DNA of 26,343 bases from Vicugna vicugna (GCA_013265495.1 MU057711.1:2678844-2705186); one strand, 5' to 3'. Counted from the first letter of the stretch, positions 11,071-20,929 are shown. Translations and numbers: made by a program. Notes: generated by a model not told the origin, from the sequence alone.

Positions 11071-11239
11071 GCCTGTTGGCTCCTACTAGGGCACTGAGCA
11101 AGCAAAGCACAGAGATGGGAGGACCAAGAACTATAAGGATGCTGGATGCTGGTGTATCACGTGTTCATTCATTTCGTCCTGGTTGTGGAAGGGTCTGGAC
11201 ACTGGTGGGTCAGTGGGCTGCTTGGAGCAGGTGTCCAGC

Positions 11240-11480
11240 ATGGAGACTGCTGCCCAGTGTGAGGCTGGGATTGAAGAAAGATTATTTGGAATCATCAGAA
11301 TGGCTGGGAGCTCTTGCCATAACACTGGTGAAAGATGACAGTGATTTGAACCCAGGTGGTAATGGTGGATAGAGTAAGACGTGGATTCTGGATATATTTT
11401 GAAGGTCAAGTTGACAAATTTGCTCCCAGGATGGGTGTGAGGTATAAGAGAAGGTGAGTCGATTAAGTTTTCCAGGTTCA
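11240..11480 (-). mobile_element. L2 fragment
   Basis: ggattctggatatattttgaaggtcaagttgacaaatttgct is an antisense L2 motif. Confidence 0.6.
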
Positions 11481-11499
11481 GTTGCTTTGTCACTTTTCC

Positions 11500-11630
11500 T
11501 AAGTAACTTGCTATTATTGGGCATTCAGAAGGCTTCCAGCTTTTTGCTGTTATAGATAATATGGTAGTGAACATCCTTGTAGAAGATCTATACACCATCT
11601 GGAATGATTTTCCTGGGGTATATTTAGTAC
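11500..11630 (-). mobile_element. Small old L1 fragment
   Basis: ttccagctttttgctgttatagataatatggtagtgaacatccttgta; the minus-strand translation RMFTTILSITAKSWKPSECP is L1 ORF2 C-terminus-like. Confidence 0.6.
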
Positions 11631-11692
11631 CTCCTCATGCAGCATTTCCCAGCCTCAGCTGACTGTGCAACACCAGTGCAGGTATTTACCTG

Positions 11693-11890
11693 GAGGCAGT
11701 GTAGGCTAGTGGTTTGAGTATGAACTTTGGTGTCAGAGCCTATCTTGGCTCTGCTGTCACTATTTGGATAGATTCATTAACTTTTTTGTGCCTCAGTTTC
11801 TTCCTCTATAAATTAGGGTAATGGTAGTCGATAGATACTCCATAGGTAGAATTAAGTGAGTTAATGTCTGTAAAAAGCACTAGACAATGT
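11693..11890 (+). mobile_element. MIR
   Basis: gaggcagtgtaggctagtggtttgagt...tgtgcctcagtttcttcctctataaa...aagtgagttaatgtctgtaaaaagcactaga. Confidence 0.8.
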
Positions 11891-12369
11891 CAGTTCTTTT
11901 CCTTGAAGGTGAATTCACATTTAAACATTTCCAAGAACAAATGTTTTTAAAAGGAACGTTTATATGAATACCTTCAATGAAAAACCAGTGATCACTTGCT
12001 GGGAAGAGTAAGAAATCAGAAAATACAATAAGTTTAATGTAAACAGAACAGCAGTGGTAAATTCTAATTAGGTACTGTTGCAGAGCTAAGTCGACTAGGC
12101 AGTGTTAGGGAGGAGTTCAAGCCCTATTGGTGCTAAACTGAGATGGCTTGCCTGAACTTAGAAGGATCGAAAGAAAAATGTAGAAAGAGGAACTTAAAAT
12201 GTCTTGTCCACTCTTACCTAATATGTAACTATCACACCCCGGAAAACCCTGTGCTAGGACTTCACAATATTAAGGCTTTAGATGACTATGGACTTACTGA
12301 CCCTCAGAGGGTGGGTGGTTTAATACTGTCCCAACAGCTTTCCTAGTCTTTCCATTCGTAGGTTATCTC

Positions 12370-12371
<2 letters not shown>

Positions 12372-12424
<53 letters not shown>
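12372..12424 (+). repeat. (TG)26 microsatellite
   Basis: Perfect dinucleotide run read directly. Confidence 0.97.
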
Positions 12425-12425
<1 letters not shown>

Positions 12426-12529
12426 TGTGTTGGGAAAGGGACTTGTCCTGAGAGACTCTTCCATTCCCTTCCCTCCGGTTGAAAGGTGGCTCAGGAAGGG
12501 GACACATCTGTCCCAGGCCACATAGCACA

Positions 12530-12880
12530 GGTCGTCCAGCCCTGCAGTGCGCCCGGCCCCTCCTCAGCTCTCCGCTGAGAACGATCTGCAGCCCGAGGGG
12601 CGGGGTCTAGGGGAAGGGGCGTGGCCAGGCCGGGGCGGGGCCGAGCTCCCATTGCATCCCGGGCGGGAACCGAGTCCGGGAGTCGCAGCTCCCACGGCGC
12701 GTGCGGAGGAGTCAGTGTGCGGGGGGTGAGTGCTCCCGAGCCCAGCGCTGGGGCGGCGGGCAGACGGCAGGCGCCGAGGGGTCCGCCTCCGGCACTGGGA
12801 CACCTGGCTTCTGAGCCGTCCAGGCCGCCAGGCTTAGGGAGGGGCTGCCTCAGTTTTCTCTTTGGGAGTCCCCGGGTCTA
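12530..12880 (+). promoter_or_regulatory. NOD2: CpG-island promoter (NOD2 upstream promoter) with Sp/KLF GC boxes
   Basis: CpG-dense. GGGGCGGGG at 12597-12605 and 12632-12640, GGGGCGTGGC at 12616-12625, GGGCGGG at 12661-12667. No TATA box seen. Confidence 0.75.
12660..12725 (+). other. NOD2: NOD2 upstream non-coding first exon (5' end approximate)
   Basis: Strong donor GGG|gtgagt at 12726 inside the CpG island. No ATG in the exon. Human NOD2 is known to have an upstream untranslated first exon. Confidence 0.65.
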
Positions 12881-13949
12881 GATGGAAGGTGGAAGGAAAG
12901 GGGGCGTTTTGAGATTGGGGAGCCTCCTGCCGGGCTGTAGTTACAGAAGATGAGGAGCTTGGGGACGTGGAGAGAACTTCGGCCTCAGGAGCCTCTAAGG
13001 TCTGGAGAGAGGCTGTGATTTGGGGGTGGAGGCGGATGGGGGTGGGCGGAACGTGCAGGATGAGAAGTCCTGAGGTTCCGGGCGGGAATGAAGCCAGGCT
13101 TCAGGTCTGAGCAGGGTCTACTCTGTCCAGTCCCTCCTCTCTCCCTCAGTTTCCCCACTTTTACCTTGCCTGTGAATGGGTGGTTGTAAGTGGGAGTGCC
13201 GGAGTGCCGGTTTGCTCTCTAACCCTACCTGTGGTCTGGTAACTCTCCTGGGAGTCTCCTGCCTCCTCCTCTTCCCTCCCTTGGTGGGTGTGGAGACCCT
13301 GGCTCAGCCCCCATCCCTGCCCAGGCAGGCCCACACCACAGCCTGCCAGCATCTCACCCTCTGTGCCTTCATCCTCTCCTTTGCTCTTCACATTGAGGAA
13401 TAGCCATCTGGTCCTACTTGCTTTGCAACAAACTAAAAGGCCTTCCCATCCTCTCCAGGAGGGCCTCTCACAGCTGGACCCTTGGCTCTGAGTCTCCTCT
13501 TGCTTCTCTCCCTCTTTCTGAGCTCTTAGGCCATTCTCTGCGGTGGCCTCCATCTCCCCATGGGCTGTTCCCTGGCCACAGGTTCCTTGTCCCGTAGAGC
13601 GGAGAAGCTCACCATGTCACCAATCCCCTGACCCCTCTGTAAAAACCAGAGTGTCATTCCTGTTGCTTCTGCTCTCCTGTCCCAATCACTCTGCCGCTAA
13701 GTTTGTTGGTTACTCAGATCCCCTTGGCCAATCTGCACACTGGGATCTCAGGCGGGAAGGGACCCCATCTAGCCCACTGATGCCCCCACTCAGTGCAGGA
13801 TCCCTCTGCTGCATAAGCTCAGTGACGGGGGGCTCATTACTTCTGAGGCACAGTTCAGTGTCCTGCTGCTCTGGCTTCAATTAGCTAAAATCTGTGGCTT
13901 GCAGATTCTACCTCTCCCTGCACTTCTGCCTCTGGAACCATGCAAAGTG

Positions 13950-15440
13950 AATTCATGCTTTTATTCACCCACACAGTCTTTATCAGTGCACTGGATGAGA
14001 CACTGGGGATATAGTAATGAAAAAATCAGAAAAAAATTCCTTGCCCTCATGGGGTTTGTATTCTAGAAAGGAGTTGAACACCAGTCCAATTCGTAAATAC
14101 GCAGTGTGTCAGGTGTTGAGAAGTACTATGGACAAAAATGAAGCAGGCAAGGAGGATGAAGTGTTGGGCTGGGTATTGTGATTTTATAAAGCATAGTCAG
14201 GGAGGGCCTCTTTGAGATCATGACAGTGGAGCAAAGCCTTGAAGGAGGTGAGGGGGGAGCTATGTGAATATCTGAGGGAGCAGACAGTGCGCCCACAGAG
14301 AGAAGAGTGTGTGCAGAGGCCCTGGGTCAGAAGCATGACAGGTGCGAGCAGGTCTGGCTTGTCCTAGAAACAAGGCCAGTGTGGCTGGGGCAGGGTGGGC
14401 GAGGATTAGTAGGAAAGGAGCACAGAGAGGTAAGGGGTGGAGAGTTGGGGATCCACTGCATGCAGTCTTGAAGGCCACTGGGAGGGCTTTAGTGTTCACT
14501 GAGTTTAGTGGGAGCCACTGGAGGGCTTTGAGCGGAGGCATCACCTGCTCTGACCTAGATGTTAGCAGGTTTATCTGGCTGTGGGCAAGAGATAGACTTT
14601 AGGGAGGTGAGGGCAGAAGGGTGGGGGAACCAGTGAGGGGATCACAGTTGTCATTCTGAGGAAAGACCATGAGGCTTTATAACCATGGCACAGAGGTGGT
14701 GAAAAAATATGAGATTTTCAGATTTGGGATGTATTTTCAAGGTAGGGGAGATAGGATTTGGGATGTATTTTCAAGGTAGGGGAGATAGGATTTGGGATGT
14801 GAGAGAAAGGTGGAGTCAAAGATGACCCAGAGATTTTTTGGCCTGTAGAGCAGACATCAGCTGAGATTGGAGCTGTTTAGGGGGAAGATCTGGAGTTTGG
14901 TTTTGATGACCATTAGGCAGTTGGAAAAGTTTAGTGGGGAGGTTGGAACTGGAAATAAAATTTGGGGCATCATCACCTTATAGCTGGTATTTAAAGCCAT
15001 AAGAGCAGGTAAGCTCACTTAGGGAGAGAGTGATGCAGAGAAAAGAGATCCCACCAGGGAGTTCTGAGCTCTCAGCATTGGGAACCAGCCAAGGAGACAG
15101 AAAAGAGCAGCCAGTGAGATGGGAGGAAAAATCAGAGAGTTGGCGTTTTCTGGATGGCAGTCAGGGAGGGGCTTCAAGGAGGAGAGAGGGAGTGATTAAC
15201 AGATGGTTTGAGTCTGCCTCTTTCTCCCAGTGCCCTGAGCCAGGGAGATGAGGACTGAGAATCCAGCAACCTGGAGGTCACTGGTGACAACTACAAAAGC
15301 AGCTGGAGTCAAGGGGGACACGGTTGGAGGGAATAGGAGAGGAGGACTTGAGGGCAGCAGTACAGACAACAGACAAGAAAAGCTGCTGTGAAGATGGACA
15401 GAGAAATGGGGTTGGATGGAGAAATTCCAGTATGTCTGTA
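13950..15440 (-). mobile_element. Long L2 fragment (antisense)
   Basis: ctggggatatagtaatgaaaaaatcaga...ccttgccctcatggggtttgtattctag, ggagccactggagggctttgagc, ggtatttaaagccat are characteristic antisense L2 motifs. Confidence 0.8.
14721..14800 (+). repeat. Perfect 34-bp tandem duplication (2.35 copies)
   Basis: gatttgggatgtattttcaaggtaggggagatag at 14721-14754 and 14755-14788, then a 12-nt partial copy. Confidence 0.95.
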
Positions 15441-16199
15441 TGTTGGTGAGAACTGCTCTCCCAGAAAGAAGCTGGGTGAAGAGGACTACAACGGAGGCTG
15501 GCTGCTGAAAGTGAGGCGGATGGGTCCAGTGCCCCAGGGGAGAGTGGCCCCAGCTGAGAGCCCAGAGATTCCAGAAGTTGTGCTTCAGGGCTTCCCTCCC
15601 TCTCCTGTCTGCAGCTGCCTCAGGCTGAGACTGCAACACTTAAGCAAATCCATGGGCTCAGGATTCCAGAGAACTGGGTTGGCTGTGTCTCAGGAGGAAA
15701 GAGGTGTCAGGACTTGGCTTGGGGATAAAAGAGGGCCCGTGTGGGGTGCCCCTTCCACTTGACCCTCTGTTTCCGCAAGGAAGTGCCCCTTTCTTTGTAC
15801 AGACCTCACCTTCCTGGAGGAAAGACGATAATGACTCCAAAGTGGCAGTGATTGAAGTAGAGAAGAAAAGGCAGTGGAGAGAGGCTGATTTATTTCATCT
15901 GAAGAGGGGAAGTCTGAGCAGGGAATAAAGTGGCAAAAGGCAGGATTTTAGGGACAGTGTTTATGAAATAAGTGATGAGTGGACATCTGTTTTCTCTCAT
16001 TCCCAGTGGAAACAGAAGCAGGAAAAACTTCAGTTAGACATAATGAGGAACTTCCTGAACTGGCTAGTGGGGACAGCAACAAGGCCAGGTCCTCCCTGCT
16101 AGATGAGAAAAGACAATGCCTTCTTAGAGACAGGGTGCTGGCCAAATTGGTTCTTGGAGATTCTCCTGGCTCCGAGGTTTCTGGAAGAAGGCCAGGACG

Positions 16200-16455
16200 G
16201 AGATGGGACTTTCCAGCTACAGGGAGGATAGAGTGCCAAACCTTATGGCTTGGGCCTGCCTCTTTCTACCATTTCCCTGACATCACTAGCTGGACATGTG
16301 TGGTTCAAGCCAATTGGCTGACCTAGACTCAGTGTGTTTGGGAAGGGCCCCTGCTTCCTTGTAGCTTGTCCCCTTGTGGGCGAGCACATCTGTGGGTGTG
16401 TCCATCGTCTTGGGGTTTCCCCAGGAGGGAGGTAGGGTCTGTGGGCCAATCTAGA
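16200..16455 (+). promoter_or_regulatory. NOD2: NOD2 proximal inducible promoter with two kB sites
   Basis: GGGACTTTCC 16205-16214; GGGGTTTCCCC 16412-16422; TGACATCA (ATF/Jun-like) 16278-16285; TGTGGTT (RUNX) 16299-16305; palindromic AGCCAATTGGCT 16308-16319; GCCAAT near 16445. NOD2 is an established NF-kB target. Confidence 0.7.
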
Positions 16456-16624
16456 CCTTCCAGTCCTGTGCCACGCAGCCTTGCCTTCCTGCTCAAGGCC
16501 TGCCTGCAAATGACTTGGCCATGCCTGCTTCCCCAAGCCTCATGATCTTCGATGGGGGACAGGGTGGTCCAGGTTCTCCCATTGTGGAGGAGAGAGCAGC
16601 TGTCCATCCTCAGGCATCCTCTGG
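16441..16624 (+). other. NOD2: NOD2 proximal first exon (homolog of the human exon carrying the upstream Met1)
   Basis: Aligns by eye with the recalled human exon 1 (CCAGTCCTGTGCCAC...CAAGGCC...GCCATGCCTGCT...GATGGGGGA...). Donor CTGG|gtgaga at 16625. ATG 16552 to donor is 73 nt, as in human. Confidence 0.75.
16552..16624 (+). CDS. NOD2: Possible in-frame N-terminal extension of NOD2 (MGDRVVQVLPLWRREQLSILRHPL-D-CE-M)
   Basis: Open 73-nt frame, phase 1. It joins exon 2 (G|AT TGT GAA ATG) in frame with ATG 18549. Translation is not demonstrated. Confidence 0.4.
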
Positions 16625-17874
16625 GTGAGAGGGGCAGGTGTTGTCCTATCTCATCTTAACTCTTCAATGTCTTTCATTCCTGGCTGTACACATGCCCTGC
16701 AGGCATTGGGTCAGAGAGAGAGCTCTGACCCAAATTCTGGGCTATTTCCGGAGGGGTGGGTGGTTCTTTTCCCTAGGACCTGGGAACGGGGGGTGATGGG
16801 GCTGGCATTTCCACAGCTGAGGACCACTCCAGGGTCAAGCCCAGAGCTCCTCCTACCCCCTCCCCCCGTTCTCTCCTCTCCCCTCTCCCCACCTCTACCC
16901 TCTTGACTCCTTTGCTTAGCAGTGGACACAGGGAGGAGGCCTGCTTGGCCAGAGAGAATTATGTCGCTTCCTAGGTTTATGGTGGCCTCTGCATCAGGGA
17001 TGCCCTCCTTCCCAAGTGGCCAGACCCGCGGGTCACCTCATTGCCTTGGTTTCCTCCTCTGGCCAGCACAAGGCTTCCAACCTAAGTGTTGGCAGCATTC
17101 TGAGCTGGGGACTGCTCCTTTCCCTTACTTTGGCTGGCACGCGAGGACAGGCACAGAATGTTCCAGCCCCTCCCCTCCTGCAGTAGATGTTCTGATTCAT
17201 GAACATTCCCTCCGAGCCTCCCCTTGGCCCAGCCCTGTGCCAAGCTTAGCGGTGCCAGGATGAGTAAGACCCAAGTTTCAACTTGGGCCAGGAAAGGAGT
17301 TAGACACATAAACAACCAATAAGAAAGATGCAGTCGCTCCAGGCTCCTTGGCATCTGCTCCCTTGAGTACCTTGGAATGTCCCTGTTTTGTAGAAAGAAG
17401 CTGGCATTCCTCTTCTTTCCATGCCTACGTCCTTTCGCTTTCATTTTCTGTGGGCACTACACCAGCCCACATCCCTGGACTCCGTGACAGTCGCAGAATA
17501 GACCTTGCTGAGATTTTCTCTGCCTCATGGGGACACTCCCAGGGCTGGAAGCTCCGTGAGATCGCCTCCTGCAAATCTCCAGAACCCTGAGTCTGACGGC
17601 TGAGCCCAGAGTAAGCCCCTGACAGAGGTGACAGCACATAGTGTGCAGTGGTGACTGGTGAGTTGCGGGGGGATATGAGGGCTTGGGCCTTCGGGAAGGG
17701 GCAGTGAACTGGGATCAGTGCACCCATAAGCTTTGAAGTGACTTAGTTTGTACCATGAGTTTTGCTTCACCTGGGGGAGATCTTTATAGCAGTGTTCTGG
17801 GTCTGCCCCGTGGGGTAGTGGTGGGTTACCTACAGAGTCATGGGCTCGGGCTCCTGTGGGGCACCCAAATAGAA

Positions 17875-18127
17875 GGGAATTAAAGGCATGCATTCTGGAG
17901 TTGCACTGCTTGGGTTCAAAGCCTAGCTCTACCTCATCTAGCTTTGAACCCTTGTCTTTGTCCAAGCCACTTAGCCTCTCTGTGCCTCAGTTTCTTCATC
18001 TGTAAAATGGGACTTCTCCCAGTACCTACTTCAGAGTGGTTGGGAGGGGTCAATGAAGTCACATGTGAAAGCACTTAGAATGGGGCCTGGCACATAGCAT
18101 GTGGATAGTATGTATTAGCTATTATTG
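17875..18127 (+). mobile_element. MIR
   Basis: ctctgtgcctcagtttcttcatctgtaaaatggg...gtgaaagcacttagaatggggcctggcacatag. Confidence 0.85.
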
Positions 18128-18548
18128 AAGAGAGAGCTGCCATAGCCTGAGTTCAACCAGCATGGAAGGGCCAGAGGCCCTACGGGCCATACGGCCTCAA
18201 AGAGGATAGATTCTCTGGTCCTTTGGGAGACATTGTTCCTAATATTAGCTCAAGCCTTTTTAAACTTCTTAAACAAGGGTTGAAGCCTAGATGTGTGAGC
18301 CAGGGGCCTTGATTTAACTCCTGACTGCTTCAAACCCTCTGCAAGACCTTGAGCTAGTTTTTTGCCTTCTCTGGTCCTCAGTCTGTACATCTGTACAGTG
18401 GGCAGCTTGGATTGGTGATGTCTCAGGGTAGAACCAGGGCTGGCTTGGACTTGGGGTTGGGGAGCTGACTTGCCCTCTTCCCTGCCCCCCACCTGCTTCC
18501 TGAGAAGTCCTTCCTGTATTGACCTCATTCTCCTCCCCAGATTGTGAA

Positions 18549-19007
18549 ATGTGCTCTCATGAGGCTTTCCAGGCCCAAAGGAGCCAGCTGGTGGAGCTGC
18601 TGGTCTCGGGGTCCCTGGAGGGCTTCGAGAGCATCCTGGACTGGCTGCTTTCCTGGGAAGTTCTCTCCTGGGAGGACTATGAGGGGTTCAGCCTCCTGGG
18701 CCAGCCCCTCTCCCACTTGGCCAGGCGCCTCCTGGACACTGTCTGGAATAAGGGTGCTTGGGGCTGTGAACAACTCATCACAGCTGTGCAAAAGGCCCAG
18801 GCTGACAGCCAACCCCCCGAGCTTTCTGGCTGCTGGGACCCCCACTCACCCCACCCAGCCCGTGACCTTCAGAGGCACCGGCCAGCCATCGTCAGGAGAC
18901 TCTACACCCACGTGGAGGGTGTGCTCGACCGGACGCAAGAGCGGGGTTTCATCAGCCAGTACGAAAGTGATGAAATCCGGCTGCCTATCTTCACGTCATC
19001 CCAGCGG
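18549..19007 (+). CDS. NOD2: NOD2 exon 2 (exon 18541-19007): CARD1 and start of CARD2
   Basis: [46 protein letters not shown]...[13 protein letters not shown] is the NOD2 N-terminus. Acceptor ctcattctcctccccAG (18539-18540), donor CGG|gtaagg (19008). Exon is 467 nt with 153 codons from the ATG. Confidence 0.97.
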
Positions 19008-19181
19008 GTAAGGCGCGTCCCTCTTGGCTAATCAGAATTCACAGGAAAACGGTGCTTAGTTGCCAAGACTAATTCTTGAAGTCAGCCCTACGGGGAGACG
19101 TGAGTCGTGGTGCTCCCCCTTTAAAGGTAGCCAGGCAGGGAGAAGTTGCTCTGGATTTCTGGTATCATACCACTTCTGATG

Positions 19182-19400
19182 AGAGGCAGTGTTGTGTGGT
19201 GGCCAGCGTCGTGGGTTCTGGAGTCGGGACAACATAGGCTCAAGGCATGTGACTTCAGACTTCTCTGTGGAAGCTCTCCATCCTTAATCTCTCCTGTCTC
19301 AGATTCTGCATCTGTGAAACATCAGTAAGGTTCTGGAGAGAATTCAGTGAGGTGAGCTGTGTAACACAATGGTGTCCACATAGCAGACACTCATAAGCAT
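19182..19400 (+). mobile_element. MIR
   Basis: gaggcagtgttgtgtggtggcc...ttctggagtcgg...ctcctgtctcagattctgcatctgtgaaa. Confidence 0.65.
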
Positions 19401-20014
19401 TACCTTTGGCTACTGTCAATTCTGTTTTCAGTGATATTCTGTACTTGTGCACTTTTATTGCTGTCTGCTTTAAATTAACAGCTCGACAGGTCATCAAAAT
19501 TCATTTTATCAAATCTGTATTTAATAATTACTATAGCATGCTATGTACTAATATAGTTTAAATGCCTGCATAGGATTTCTAATATGAAATTACATTAGAT
19601 CATAGACATTTGGAGTTGGGATATAATTGCCTCTGAAAATCCTATTCCACAAGGACAGAAGAGCATCTTTTGGGTATTTCTGAAACTCTTTGTTTTATTT
19701 TCCCCCAAATAGTGAACCTCAGTCCTCCTGTGATGCAAGTGGAACAGTCATTAATACCCCACTTTATGGATTAGGAAATCGAGGCCCAGAAAAGGGCTTG
19801 AATGAGCTTACAGTAGTTAATGAGAGGGCCACTGCTGGACCTAGTGCCTTGGCTTATTCATTCATCATTAATTTATTCATTCATTTACTCAACCAGAATC
19901 TATTTTGATACTTACTACATGCCAGGCTGTGTCTTAGAGCTTATTGTGTTCAGACCTTATATTATACGTAGTAGGTACTCGAGAAATACTTGTTGATGAA
20001 ATACATGAATTGTT

Positions 20015-20168
20015 AGAGAGGAAGGATGTAGCTCAGTGGTGGAGTGCCTGCTTAGCACGCACAGCTCGTGGGTTCAATCCCAGTACCTCCATTAAGACAG
20101 AAATAAATAAGCCTAATTACCTCCCCCTCAAAAAAAAACCCGAAAGTAATAAATAAATTTAAAAAAAA
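20015..20168 (+). mobile_element. tRNA-Ala-derived SINE with 14-bp TSD
   Basis: A box tagctcagtgg, B box ggttcaatccc, A-rich tail. Exact TSD GAAATACATGAATT at 19998-20011 and 20169-20182. Inserted in an L2-like (TGAA)n tail. Confidence 0.92.
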
Positions 20169-20351
20169 GAAATACATGAATTATTGAATGAATGAATGAA
20201 TGAATGAATTAGAGTAACATGAGAGTGATAAGATGATCTGGGTTAGGGGCTTTCTAGCCTTTCTTTTTAATCTATTTTTTTAAAATATGTATGTGGTGTC
20301 CAAGTGAGTTTAGGTAAGCCTAGTTGAGGCTGATGGAACAAGCCTGTCCAA

Positions 20352-20498
20352 AGGGTATATAGCTCAGCGGTAGAGTGTATGCCTAGCATGCGTGAGGTCC
20401 TGGGTTCAATCCCCAGCACCTCCATTAAATAAATAAGTAATAAACCTAATTACTTCCCCCCACAATAAAAGTAAAAAAATAAAAAATTAAAAAAAAAA
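20352..20498 (+). mobile_element. tRNA-Ala-derived SINE
   Basis: tatagctcagcggtagagtgtatgcctagcatgcgtgaggtcctgggttcaatccccagcacctcca, followed by the same cctaattac tail motif and poly-A as the other full copies. Confidence 0.9.
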
Positions 20499-20929
20499 CT
20501 GGTTCAAGGTGGCCAAGTATTTATAGAGTAGACATGATGCGGTCCTCTCTCACTAGTGTACCTGAAACCTACAGTTGTACCCTAAGCACCATCTCCTTGA
20601 GCCTGGCCTTGTGGGAATTACAGAAGACGTGTAATTGGTATTTTTTGTGATCTGTTGCTGGGATTGAATCAGCCCACATGGTTATAGGATTGCACTTGTC
20701 ATCTTTTTTTTTTTAATTGAGGTGTAGTTGATGTACAGTATTATGTGCTTTTTACCTTTGATCAAGTGTCCAACAGTGTGATCTAGTGTGGAATGCTCTG
20801 GGGTTTAGAGAAGGTGGCCTAGAACTCTAGGCCCTGGAGGGGACAGGCATGATTAAAGGAAGTATTTGGATGAATGAGGAAAAGAAAGTAGGAGAACTCA
20901 GGGATCGAAGGAGATGGGAATCAGAAAAT

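Noticed and set aside
11890..12260. AT-rich segment (also about 1900-2110 and 3000-3130) as possible old DNA-transposon remnants
   Set aside because: I could not assign a family or terminal repeats by eye. RepeatMasker/Dfam is needed.
14721..14800. 34-bp repeats (and the 16-bp pair at 10335-10383) as a CRISPR-like array
   Set aside because: Only two copies each, no spacer series, no cas genes, and a mammalian context.
15979..16326. ORF containing LVLGDSPG, similar to human NOD2 VLLGHSPG
   Set aside because: No splice donor follows the motif, and the real nucleotide homolog of exon 1 is at 16441-16624. Coincidence.
18519..18540. ORF-track extensions of exons (MTSFSSP before NOD2 exon 2; similar at 2492-2522, 4001-4024, 25607-25621)
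   Set aside because: They lie in intronic pyrimidine tracts or UTR upstream of the real acceptors or ATG.
20352..20425. tRNA-Ala(AGC)-like sequences (also near 7770-7840, 20020-20092, 26061-26133) as real tRNA genes
   Set aside because: Acceptor stems do not pair. The copies have A-rich tails and, in some cases, TSDs, so they are SINE heads.
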